From the NCBI GenBank assembly GCA_040285745.1, contig JAUFOR010000003.1:930001-994000 (forward strand): DNA of 64,000 nucleotides, given 5' to 3'. This DNA comes from Barthelona sp. PCE (lineage: Eukaryota). Under the pieces are notes generated by a model, which had not been told where the DNA came from, ran no database searches, and saw only the letters and a list, made by a program, of their open reading frames with translations. The position numbers and the translations under genes were made by a program. Of this stretch, positions 52,733 to 62,711 are shown piece by piece (positions within the stretch are counted from its first letter, which is position 1; each line of letters begins with the position of its first letter).

Positions 52733-54745
52733 CTATTTGCTGATGATCATAAACCCACCACTATCCAGGCCGACATAGAGCTGACCTTCAATATATTCAA
52801 AGGATGAAGGTGTAAAAAGAGCAGGGAAGTTATCTATTTGCATGTTTTCTGTTTGCCATCCTTCGGCACCATATCTCATGGTTATGATTGTGTTTTTGCC
52901 CACAGCATAGATTTTGTTATCAACAACTGCAAGACCATTAAAAATGGGTGTTTCACAGCTTTCTATATGTCCATCCATCGTGATAGAATAGAAATACTTA
53001 TCCTGTGATACTATAAACAGATCCAGCTCAGTGCAGAACCGCATCATTGTTGGATTTGTCAGGTAATCATGTGTATTTGATACAATATGCCTGAAACCTG
53101 CAACGCTAATCTTTTCATCTAATCTAATACCACTTTCAGCGCTATATATGAACAGCGCTTCATCTGAAAGCACTGCAAAAGAAGTACTGTTCATACTGCA
53201 AATTGCTCGAAGATGGAAAATTCGCTCTTGATGAATTAGAAGATTTTCTTTCCACACCCGCAAAATACCCGGCCTCTTTGAAGCACCAGGATCAATAAAC
53301 ACGGCATAGGGACCGAAAACAATTGCCCCATGAATGTCACCCCGATGACCCAGAAAGAGATGTGACTCAAGGTACAGGAGCCGAGGAAGAACAGTTCCGT
53401 CAGGAAAGACAGTTGGATCTATGTTCTTAAGATCTTCTGCGGTATCCTCCTCAGCGAAAACAGAGAGCGAGGTCTTCTCTTCAGATCCACGAGCCTTTGT
53501 TGAAAGTGATAGCGGCATCCATAGCGCCTCGTCGCTGTACTGGTCCACCCACTCGTCGCAGAAGTGCTTAAGATTGGTGTGCTCCCGCACCACCTTAACT
53601 GTCATCTTGGTTGGCTCCAGTTCTCTAGCCAGCACTTCATGCGAAATAACAATAATGCGATCGGGGCGGTGTGATGGTAGCACATTTGTAATTCCATAAC
53701 CATGAGTCAATGGCCGAACCACCTCTACAAGCCCTGTCTCTGTTGAACCGTACGCGCGAAGTGTTGCGTCTTCGCTGGAAACGTACAGCAGTCCTTGGCT
53801 GCGCAGAAACCCCGTGACGGCCATCGATGGGCACGTCATGCATGCTGTCGATATTCCATCTTTGAACAGTAGGAGACTGCCCTCCACCGTTGATATGATA
53901 ATTGTATTCAGCATGCTACTTGCAGACACGTGTAGAAACGCAGGGAACTGCTCTACAGCTGATCCATGGTATCTGACGATCCTCAGCGTATCTCTACTAA
54001 TTACAGCCAATCGTTTATCAAGCGATGTTGACAATATGTAATCCTTCATAACTAAACAGCTTGTGACTCCATCCTTGTGCGGTCTGAGAATCGCGCGGTC
54101 AACCAGACCGAAGCCACATGTTTCTTTATCTAAGATACTGTCCTGGCTATCTTGCATGCCAAATACGTGAATGCAACCATCCGCTGTACCGACAGCAAGA
54201 GTATTCTCTGCGAATCCGATGCACATGATACTCGTATGGGCGATGAAGATCTGCTCAGCAAAGTCTCCGTCAACATAAACGGCGATACAACCGTTAACTA
54301 GTCCCACGAATGTAATACCTTTGTTGTCATACTCAATATGATGCACAGATTCTATAGGCGCACCAGGAGATCGAATGATCAGATCAGTGCTATGAAAATC
54401 GAAGAAAAACAGACCACGATCCGCAGTTCCGACCACACATCCATTTTCTGTGTTACAGAAGCACGAGACAAGGCCAAAAGTGGGTCCTCTTATGATAGCA
54501 TCTGCCTCTTCTGTCGATACATGGACTGTTCCATCATCCATGCAACAACACAGATGCCCAAATGTATAATCGACGAATTTGGCCATAGAATTCCCTTCAA
54601 CAACAATTTTTGTCACACGACGCTTCTCAAAACTATATTCACAAAGGTATTGGCCACTACAGAAGTAAAGTGAGTCATCGCATATAGTGTGAGATTTTGA
54701 TGTGCAGTTTATGGGGTGGAACTGATCCACAACATTCCAACTCAT
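52733..54745 (-). CDS. ELP2: Elongator complex subunit 2 (WD40)
   Basis: SEDATLRAY, RPLTHGY, PLSLSTKA and LESHLFLGH correspond to the Elp2 motifs RPQIHGY, LGLSNKA and WPExxKLYGH. Confidence 0.7.
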   Translation of the reverse strand: MSWNVVDQFHPINCTSKSHTICDDSLYFCSGQYLCEYSFEKRRVTKIVVEGNSMAKFVDYTFGHLCCCMDDGTVHVSTEEADAIIRGPTFGLVSCFCNTENGCVVGTADRGLFFFDFHSTDLIIRSPGAPIESVHHIEYDNKGITFVGLVNGCIAVYVDGDFAEQIFIAHTSIMCIGFAENTLAVGTADGCIHVFGMQDSQDSILDKETCGFGLVDRAILRPHKDGVTSCLVMKDYILSTSLDKRLAVISRDTLRIVRYHGSAVEQFPAFLHVSASSMLNTIIISTVEGSLLLFKDGISTACMTCPSMAVTGFLRSQGLLYVSSEDATLRAYGSTETGLVEVVRPLTHGYGITNVLPSHRPDRIIVISHEVLARELEPTKMTVKVVREHTNLKHFCDEWVDQYSDEALWMPLSLSTKARGSEEKTSLSVFAEEDTAEDLKNIDPTVFPDGTVLPRLLYLESHLFLGHRGDIHGAIVFGPYAVFIDPGASKRPGILRVWKENLLIHQERIFHLRAICSMNSTSFAVLSDEALFIYSAESGIRLDEKISVAGFRHIVSNTHDYLTNPTMMRFCTELDLFIVSQDKYFYSITMDGHIESCETPIFNGLAVVDNKIYAVGKNTIITMRYGAEGWQTENMQIDNFPALFTPSSFEYIEGQLYVGLDSGGFMIISK

Positions 54746-54894
54746 AAAAAAAGAAGAATGGAAGTTTTTAAAGAGAAAAAAAAAATTATAACACACATAA
54801 TATGGTCTGTTTGAATATTAAAGCATAATAGTATGTATAAAAAATCGCAAAGGCGCTGATTTACAACGAATCAATGTATTTTGACAGTCGGAAT

Positions 54895-55209
54895 TTAGGG
54901 AGCCTGGATCAAACCCTTCTCGATGGCGAAGTTGGTCAATACGAAGTCAGAGCGGGCACGAGCACGGACGAAACCGGAAAGGGCAATGGTCTGCTTGTTC
55001 TTAACGTAGATACCAGCCTCATTGAGTTCAGCAAGATCGATCTGAACAGAAGCGGAGTCCTTGGCAGAAATGATACGGTTAGTGGCGTAACTTAATGTTA
55101 GTCATGAAAGTGAAATACATCTAGGGTTAAAGGAAACCCAACATTGTAAAAAAACATACCACTTGCGGGGAATGTAAACATCAACAATGCGTCCTTCGTT
55201 GTTTTGCAT
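54895..55209 (-). CDS. RPS21: 40S ribosomal protein eS21, 2 exons (55209-55160, 55090-54895); missing from the ORF track
   Basis: The spliced product reads [34 protein letters not shown]...ALSGFVRARARSD. Confidence 0.97.
55091..55159 (-). other. 69-nt spliceosomal intron GT...AG
   Basis: GTATGTTTT...GACTAACATTAAG, splitting the Cys codon of PRKC. Confidence 0.95.
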
Positions 55210-55625
55210 CTTAAGCTACCTGTTGAAGATTCAAAGAAAGTAGAATAATGAAAAGGAAGTCGCTAATTCATTTATTACCTTTGTCAAAGGTTTTGGAATA
55301 ATTCATGTGACGGAACAATGGAAGGAGCTGTGCTATGTATGATCCTATGTTTGAAATAGGGATGTTATAGAATTTTGAAGTTGTATTGTTTATTGCAATA
55401 ATTCGTTGTATTTATTAAAATTTTTGTTTGTAAAATGTAGTTTAAAGAGTACTACTAGGGTAATTCTATGTTTAGAATATTCATTGTAATGTAGAGATAT
55501 GAGAAATGTGGGTTTCTTTTTGCACTTTAAGTTCAATGAAAACATGTAGTCTGTTGATTTAACTCATAAATTGCTACATGTGCACTGCTATTCTTGTTGA
55601 GTAACAATAAACCAAGATATTAACA

Positions 55626-55934
55626 CTATTTTTTGCGTTTCTTGTTGACTCGTTGAGGAATAATAGGCTCTAGAAAGTCCAATACGTCAAGCTTTGAAAC
55701 TGTTTCTGCAACATGATCGTAAGAAATTGTTTTACGATTCGACTGCCGACGCACAGCATCGGTTTCACGTGTAATGAAGTGTGCAAACTGTTCTGCTGCA
55801 GCGGTGAGTAAGACAACACCATCATTTGATAGTTTAGCGTTTGAGGTTGCCTCTTTCATAATGTTCTTGATCTTGGATAACTTTAAAACCAAATCTTCGT
55901 TTGGATCCCTATATGTTTCCCCAGAAAATGACAT
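55626..55934 (-). CDS. histone-fold protein (NF-YC/Dpb3/CHRAC-like)
   Basis: LSKIKNIMK...LLTAAAEQF...RKTISYDHVA...LDFL. Confidence 0.85.
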   Translation of the reverse strand: MSFSGETYRDPNEDLVLKLSKIKNIMKEATSNAKLSNDGVVLLTAAAEQFAHFITRETDAVRRQSNRKTISYDHVAETVSKLDVLDFLEPIIPQRVNKKRKK

Positions 55935-56642
55935 TTTCGATGAATTAGTGATCTGTGCAGATTACAAAAGTTTAGAAAAGGTGTAAAAAGGTGAATCAAC
56001 ATTATTTAATTACTTTATCGGTTGGACGTGGTGCTAATAGCATAATGAAGCATAATTTGAGTAGATATTGATGAGAAACAATTGCCTGCACAACACACTT
56101 AACTCGCTTTTTTTGGACATTTGAACAGTTTTGGGGCCAAAAAACCATTAGTCTACATATATAACAGGCAATATTTGGTTAAAAATAACATTTACATACT
56201 TTAAGTTCAAAATTTTTGCACAAACACAATTACGCACTGATTCATGTGTTAACATTCAGAAAATTAATAAGAAGCCACTGAAAAGTGTTCACTTCCTCAG
56301 AAATATTTATGTAAAGAAAAACCTGATTTTAGCATTGTTGCATTGTAGTTATGCCGGCTTATGAAGCATAAAAACGATGATCACGTTAAAAAAAGCGGTT
56401 TTCAATGCTTGAAATATCAACAGTAACTTGTAAAAGGATCAAAATGACATGTCAGGCAAAAATCTCGCAATTTGCAAAGATGGACACTTTTACATATGCT
56501 GTACGCATTGTATTCATCAAAACACACCATCAAATTGTATTTATGACACAAAATCGTCCAGATTTCACTGATCATAACTCAAAAACCCTATTTTCGTTTC
56601 ATCACTTCTTTCTTTCTTGTATCTACCTACTCAAAAACATAG

Positions 56643-59342
56643 ATGTCTTTACGTAGCGCTTTGAAGAAGAGTTCTAACAATTTACCCCCAACAACTGTTA
56701 GTGGTATTCCTAAGAGCAGTTTGAAGGTTAATTCTGTTAACCCCTCACCCTCATCCAATATCAACCTGATTCCCAGCTCTCTCCCCGCTGAGAGATCTTC
56801 TCTTTTCGGTACTGATGGTTTATCCTATTCTCACAAGGTTCTTAACCGTATCAAGTGTGCTCAGTTCTCTGGATCCGTTGAAGAGATTGAGAGCCTCATT
56901 GTTACCAACTTAAAGTACAACCTTGGTAGAACCAATCACAGCATTGATAACTGGTCTGCTTACACTTCCACCGCTCTTGCTGTCCGTACAAAGCTCATTG
57001 ATCAGTGGAACACCACCCAACAGCATTTTGCTGACGAGGGTGTCAAGATGGTTAACTACATGTCTCTTGAGTGGCTCATTGGTCGTTCCCTGCAGAACAA
57101 CTTATTCAACTTGGGTATGACTGATAACTGCCGTAAGGCCCTTCACAATCTTGGTATGGATCTTGAAAACTTGTATGATGCTGAGCACGCCTCTTCCCTC
57201 GGTAACGGTGGTCTTGGTCGTCTCGCTGCTTGTTTCATCGATTCTCTTGCTACCATGAACCTCCCCGCCACAGGTTACGGTCTCCTGTACCGTTTCGGTA
57301 TGTTCACACAGACCATTGTTGACGGTTATCAGGTTGAGCACCCCGAGTTTTGGCTCACAAAGGGCAGCCCATGGATCATTGATAGATTCGATATTTGCTA
57401 CCCCGTTAAGTTTGGTGGTCACGTTCGTCGCGAGATGGTTGACGGTGAATGGCGTTTCGCCTGGGAAGGTGGTCAGAACGTCACTGCTGTTGCCGCTGAT
57501 CTTCTCATTTCTGGTTTCGGTACCCAGAATGTTCTCAACCTTCGTCTCTGGAACGCTCGTCCTGAGGTTGAATTCGATTTCCAAGAGTTCGGCATGGGTA
57601 ACTTCTACCACAACGTCCAGCTTCAGCAGGAAGCACACAACATCACTGCCGTCCTCTACCCCAACGATGCCACATACGAGGGTCGTCTTCTCCGTCTCAA
57701 GGCCGAGTACTTCTTCGTCAGCGCAACAATTCAGGATGTTTTGAACAAGTTCAAGCAGACCAACAAGCCTTACAGTGAGCTTCACAAGTTCCACACCGTT
57801 CAACTTAATGATACCCATCCAGCTCTCGCCATTCCCGAGCTCATCCGTATTCTCGTTGATGAGTGCGATGTTACATGGTCAGACGCCTACGACATCTGTA
57901 CCCGTGTCTTCAACTACACCAACCACACTGTTCTTCCTGAAGCACTTGAGAAGTGGTCAGTCTCTATGCTCGAGCAGCTTCTTCCCCGTCATCTCGAGAT
58001 CATCTACGAGATTAACCACCGCTTCCTTGCTGTCCTTCGCAAGAGGGGTGCCCCTATCGAGGACATCCGTGCTATGTCTATCATTGAGGAAGGCGACAGC
58101 AAGAAGGTCCGTATGGCCAACATGGCTGTTATTGTATCCAAGTACGTTAACGGTGTTGCTGCTATTCACTCTCAGATTGTGAAGGATGTCATCTTCCATG
58201 CTTTCTACAAGTACAACCCTGAGAAGTTCCAGAACAAGACCAACGGTGTCACTCCCCGTCGTTGGATCGGTCAGGCCAACCCTGATCTCACCAGCATGAT
58301 CACCCGCTGTCTCAAAACTGATAAGTGGCTCAACGACCTCGATATGCTCGAGCAACTTGAACAATTCCAGGATAAGCCCAAAATCCTTGAGCGTCTAGCC
58401 ACCATCAAGAAGTCCAACAAGCAGCGTTTTGCTGACCTTGTTGAGCGTCTCACTGGAGTTACCGTTCCCGCTCATTTCCTCTTTGACCTTCAGGCCAAGC
58501 GTATTCACGAGTACAAGCGTCAATTCCTTAACATCCTCGGCACATGCGCCCACTACCTCGCCCTTAAGAACGGTGAGATCCCTGAGGATAAGATCGTTCC
58601 TCGTTTCGTATGTATTGCTGGTAAGGCTGCTCCCGCATACCACAACGCAAAGATGATCATCAAGCTTATCCACGGTGTTGCTGATGTCGTTAACAACGAT
58701 CCAGAAATGCACGATAAGCTTCGCATCGCATTTGTTCCCAACTACAACGTTGAGATTGCTGAGCTTCTCATCCCCGCCTCTGATATTTCTGAGCAGGTTT
58801 CCCTTGCTGGAACAGAGGCTTCTGGTACCGGTAACATGAAGTTCGTCGGTAACGGTGGTTTGATTGTCGGAACTCAGGACGGTGCTAACATTGAAATCGC
58901 TGAAAGGTACCCTGGTTCTTGCTTCTTCTTCGGTCTCACAAAGGATGAGGTCGCTGATGTCCGTGCCGCTCAAGGCCGTGGTGAGCTTAAGACCGACGTC
59001 CGTCTTCAGCGTGTCTTTGACGCGTTCGAGAAGGGCATGTTCGGCAACCCTTCCGCCTATCGTGAGATTCTTGGTTCTATCCACGGTTCTTCTGATTTCT
59101 ACCTTGTTAAGGCTGATTTCGACGCCTACATGAAGTGTTGGGAGGAGATCGATTCCGTTTACCAAGATACTGATGAATGGAACAAGCGCTGTCTCTCCGG
59201 TATCGCCAACATTGGTTTCTTCTCTTCTGATCGTACTATCGGTCAGTACGCTAAGGAGATTTGGGGTATTGAGGGTACTGCTGCTCCTACCCCTATGGTC
59301 TGGCCTTCTCAGGATTGCGCTCCTATTGCTGAGGGCTTTTAA
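56643..59342 (+). CDS. glycogen/alpha-glucan phosphorylase
   Basis: LGNGGLGRLAACF, QLNDTHP, KRIHEYKRQ and the PLP site EASGTGNMK; strong codon bias. Confidence 0.98.
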   Translation: MSLRSALKKSSNNLPPTTVSGIPKSSLKVNSVNPSPSSNINLIPSSLPAERSSLFGTDGLSYSHKVLNRIKCAQFSGSVEEIESLIVTNLKYNLGRTNHSIDNWSAYTSTALAVRTKLIDQWNTTQQHFADEGVKMVNYMSLEWLIGRSLQNNLFNLGMTDNCRKALHNLGMDLENLYDAEHASSLGNGGLGRLAACFIDSLATMNLPATGYGLLYRFGMFTQTIVDGYQVEHPEFWLTKGSPWIIDRFDICYPVKFGGHVRREMVDGEWRFAWEGGQNVTAVAADLLISGFGTQNVLNLRLWNARPEVEFDFQEFGMGNFYHNVQLQQEAHNITAVLYPNDATYEGRLLRLKAEYFFVSATIQDVLNKFKQTNKPYSELHKFHTVQLNDTHPALAIPELIRILVDECDVTWSDAYDICTRVFNYTNHTVLPEALEKWSVSMLEQLLPRHLEIIYEINHRFLAVLRKRGAPIEDIRAMSIIEEGDSKKVRMANMAVIVSKYVNGVAAIHSQIVKDVIFHAFYKYNPEKFQNKTNGVTPRRWIGQANPDLTSMITRCLKTDKWLNDLDMLEQLEQFQDKPKILERLATIKKSNKQRFADLVERLTGVTVPAHFLFDLQAKRIHEYKRQFLNILGTCAHYLALKNGEIPEDKIVPRFVCIAGKAAPAYHNAKMIIKLIHGVADVVNNDPEMHDKLRIAFVPNYNVEIAELLIPASDISEQVSLAGTEASGTGNMKFVGNGGLIVGTQDGANIEIAERYPGSCFFFGLTKDEVADVRAAQGRGELKTDVRLQRVFDAFEKGMFGNPSAYREILGSIHGSSDFYLVKADFDAYMKCWEEIDSVYQDTDEWNKRCLSGIANIGFFSSDRTIGQYAKEIWGIEGTAAPTPMVWPSQDCAPIAEGF

Positions 59343-59490
59343 TTTGTTTTGAGTAAACATCTTGCATATCACCTTGTCTAGTGATTTTACTTACTGTAAC
59401 CAGACAAAATCCACATGCTGCAACTAGAATAATCTGTTTTTCAAATTTTCTTTCTATTCCTTTCTGCACTCGATTTGAGCTTAAGAATCA

Positions 59491-62400
59491 ATGAATCTCA
59501 GCCGAAAGAGATTGAGGTACGCAGAGGAAAGTCCCAATAGGGCACGTCTACCTAGGATTCATAGAAGGGTGATGGAGAACAGCGTTAATGACAAGAACAG
59601 CATATATTATAGACCAAGGTTGAGACAACGTCGTATGAAAAGGTTGCTTCCCACAGCTTCTCCAACACCAAGGCAGAATCAATTGGTTTTGACTTCCATT
59701 GAGCGAGAACGTGCACAAACGCATCTGGGTTTCTATCATGATCGTGACTCTAACAATTTATCCCATTCTCCTGCATCAAAAAAGAAGTTTCGCAACCCAC
59801 CCATTCCTATTAATGATTTTGCACATTTTGTAGGTATTTGGGACCCAACGATGGATATATTCGATATATCACACTCCACAACAGGCGGAATCACGATGAA
59901 TTCGTACTTTATTTCACTACCAGAGACACCAACTTCTAAACCCATTTGTATTCTTGTAGACGGTGTCAAGACGAAGTTTTTCAAGCAACATCTGTCCCAG
60001 ATCAAATCGTCTATGAACTATTTCGATCATCAAACGCTTGATTATTTCATTGTGCAACACTGTGAGGACGATCACGCAGGCGATATTGGTCAGATCATTG
60101 AGACGTTCCCCGAGTGTAAGGTGTTTTGCACGCCCGTTGCTAAGGACTTTATTAGCAACATTTCGAACAAAGAATACGGTAACATTCACACGTTCAGTAG
60201 TGACACGGAGCTGAAGCTCGACGGTCATATTGTTCACTTTTTACCAACAACAATGCTCCACTGGCCAGACACAGCGTTTACGTTCTTCCCAGAGATCGGA
60301 ATGCTCACGACTTGCGACTTTTTGGGTGCACACTTCTGCGAAAGTATATATGTGTACGAAGAGAGTGTCTTCAAGGTGCCAGGATACCGTGAAGCAATGT
60401 GGGTATACTTCGACTGCATCTTTGCCCCACTTAAGCGAGCTGTGCGAGTGGGCCTGGACAAGATAAGAACTTTTATGGACAGCGTTGAGTATTGTTGCAC
60501 GTCGCACGGTCCTCTTCTGCGACGTGAGGACTTCCAAAAGATCTTTTTTATGTACGATACATGGATCATGGAATATTTTGAGAAGAAGTCTGTAGATGTT
60601 CTCATTGTATATACTTCCGTTCACAACTACACCATGGCGATGCAGAAAACCATTGCTTTTACTCTCCAAAAGCTTGGTTTGCGTGTGGAGGCCATCCAAA
60701 TTGAAGGCCTCGAATCTCAAACTGCCGCTATCATGAAGCGGATTCACAACACTAGGTGCCTGTTGTTGGGCTCTCCAACCATTTTAAACGACGCAGTCCA
60801 TGAGATATGGGACATTGCGATATCTTTAAACAAACAAATCCACCAAGGCCTTGTTGTCGGTGCGTTTGGGTCTTACGGGTGGAGCGGAGAAGCGGTCGGT
60901 AACATCACAGAGCGGTTCAAACAGCTCGCTCTGGACTCTCCTCTGGAACCGCTTCGTGTTCATTTGAAACCTGACCAGGAGAAGTTGAAACCTGTCAGGT
61001 CGTGGGCAGGCGAACTTGGACAGTATCTCATCGATGGAACACCGCCGGTTGAACACGCCCCCGTAGTACAGGCGACAACAACCGCTTCGGGCAAGGCGGG
61101 GCTTTATAACGATGGGAAGCTGCGTCGCTGGAAGTGCCTGATATGTGGTGAGATTGTTGTTTCTGTCAATTCCCCCGAGCTGTGCGGTGTCTGTGGCGCC
61201 GAGGGCCCTGAGGTCTGGATCGAAATGGAGGATGATGACAAGCCGGAGCTTTCCGAGGAAGAAGCCTTCACCGGACATATTGTCATCATCGGTGCTGGTG
61301 CTAGTGGTGTCTCCGCGTGCAAAACAGCGCGAAAGAACAACAAGCGAGCGCGTATCACGATGATTTCAAACGAAAACGCTTTGCCATACAACCGAACAAA
61401 CCTTACGGTGGCTTTGGGTAATTCAGCCATTGCTAAGCAGCGTTCCTTCTTTATAGTGGACGATGAATGGCTCCGTGATAACTCAGTCGACATTATGCTT
61501 GGCTGCGATGTTGAGAGTGCTGATTTCAACTTGAAAAAGCTCGAAATCACTCAGTGTTACAAGCGCAACGAGTCAATGGATGCCTTTGAAAACTATGCAA
61601 TGGAGGAGATCTGTCAATCTCTAAGTGTGACATTCGACAAGCTCATTATTTCCACCGGAGCTCATGCGTTCATCCCCATGAAGGGTGCGCTCGACCACGA
61701 GAACGTAATTGGCCTGCGCACTGCTCGTGACCTGTGGAAGATCAACAGTCTGTTATCACAACCGAAAGCAGAAAGATACGAGATTGTAATTGTGGGTGCT
61801 GGTGTTTTGGCATTAGAGGCTGTGGATGCCCTTCTGAAGCGTGAAAACGTACATATTTCAATCCTCATTAGGAGTAGCTTTGTGCTCAGTGCTCAGGTCG
61901 GACGCGATAAGGATGTCAGCGAATTTTTCATTGAGGAAATGCGAAAGAGAGATGTCAACGTACTCACAAACGAATCTGTCGCCGAATTAGTTGTCCCGAA
62001 TGGATCTAATAGCGTATCGCAACTTCGGCTCAAGTCTGGAAGTGTTATTGATTGCTCTCTCCTCATGTTTTCAGTTGGAGCTCGTGCAAACGCTGGCATA
62101 GCACGCGATCTCGGGTTGGACGTTGACCGCGGTATCGTTGTCGACAGAGGTATGCGATGCTTTGTTGATGGTATTGCCACACCACTTGTTTATGCTTGTG
62201 GAGACTGTGCCCAACCGAAGGACGTTAACTACGCCATGCTGTGGTCAAATGCAATCAACCAGGGTGCCATTGCAGGTTTCAACGCTGCAGGTGGTAATAA
62301 GGAGTTGGAGAATCAGTCCTTCCCTTGTATATTGCATTGCTTTGATACTCAGATGTTCTCAGTGGGTTCTTTGCGTCAGGCGCCAACGGATATGGTCATA

Positions 62401-62577
62401 AAACAGTACACAGCTCAAAACCTGAAAAAGGTGTTGTTAAACGGAGGTGTTATTAAAGGAGGTTTCCTTATTGGTAATGTAGACAACCAAATGAAGCTAA
62501 AGGGCGCATTAGACTCCGAGGCAGGTGTTATTGAGGCAGCAGCTTGTATGATTGATGAAGAAAAGCTGGAAGAGTAG
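59491..62577 (+). CDS. class F flavodiiron protein (metallo-beta-lactamase + flavodoxin + rubredoxin + NADH:rubredoxin oxidoreductase)
   Basis: Diiron ligands HCEDDH, HWPD, CDFLGAH and SHG; flavodoxin AFGSYGWSGEA; rubredoxin CLICG...CGVCG; oxidoreductase IIGAGASG, VGAGVLALE and YACGDCA. Confidence 0.93.
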   Translation: MNLSRKRLRYAEESPNRARLPRIHRRVMENSVNDKNSIYYRPRLRQRRMKRLLPTASPTPRQNQLVLTSIERERAQTHLGFYHDRDSNNLSHSPASKKKFRNPPIPINDFAHFVGIWDPTMDIFDISHSTTGGITMNSYFISLPETPTSKPICILVDGVKTKFFKQHLSQIKSSMNYFDHQTLDYFIVQHCEDDHAGDIGQIIETFPECKVFCTPVAKDFISNISNKEYGNIHTFSSDTELKLDGHIVHFLPTTMLHWPDTAFTFFPEIGMLTTCDFLGAHFCESIYVYEESVFKVPGYREAMWVYFDCIFAPLKRAVRVGLDKIRTFMDSVEYCCTSHGPLLRREDFQKIFFMYDTWIMEYFEKKSVDVLIVYTSVHNYTMAMQKTIAFTLQKLGLRVEAIQIEGLESQTAAIMKRIHNTRCLLLGSPTILNDAVHEIWDIAISLNKQIHQGLVVGAFGSYGWSGEAVGNITERFKQLALDSPLEPLRVHLKPDQEKLKPVRSWAGELGQYLIDGTPPVEHAPVVQATTTASGKAGLYNDGKLRRWKCLICGEIVVSVNSPELCGVCGAEGPEVWIEMEDDDKPELSEEEAFTGHIVIIGAGASGVSACKTARKNNKRARITMISNENALPYNRTNLTVALGNSAIAKQRSFFIVDDEWLRDNSVDIMLGCDVESADFNLKKLEITQCYKRNESMDAFENYAMEEICQSLSVTFDKLIISTGAHAFIPMKGALDHENVIGLRTARDLWKINSLLSQPKAERYEIVIVGAGVLALEAVDALLKRENVHISILIRSSFVLSAQVGRDKDVSEFFIEEMRKRDVNVLTNESVAELVVPNGSNSVSQLRLKSGSVIDCSLLMFSVGARANAGIARDLGLDVDRGIVVDRGMRCFVDGIATPLVYACGDCAQPKDVNYAMLWSNAINQGAIAGFNAAGGNKELENQSFPCILHCFDTQMFSVGSLRQAPTDMVIKQYTAQNLKKVLLNGGVIKGGFLIGNVDNQMKLKGALDSEAGVIEAAACMIDEEKLEE

Positions 62578-62711
62578 TAAATCATTTCTTATATAAAACT
62601 AAAATTAATACAAAGAAGTGCGGTTAAAGGATTCCTTCTCGCAAACGCGATATTTTAAAGATCTTCAATAATTTTCCTGAAATCTCATTTTCTTGGGTTT
62701 TTTCAAAGCGT

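Noticed and set aside
54874-55095. 73-aa + strand ORF
   Set aside because: It is the antisense shadow of RPS21 exon 2.
57102-59372. Long antisense ORFs (238, 135 and 325 aa) over glycogen phosphorylase
   Set aside because: These are shadows of strong codon bias in a highly expressed gene.
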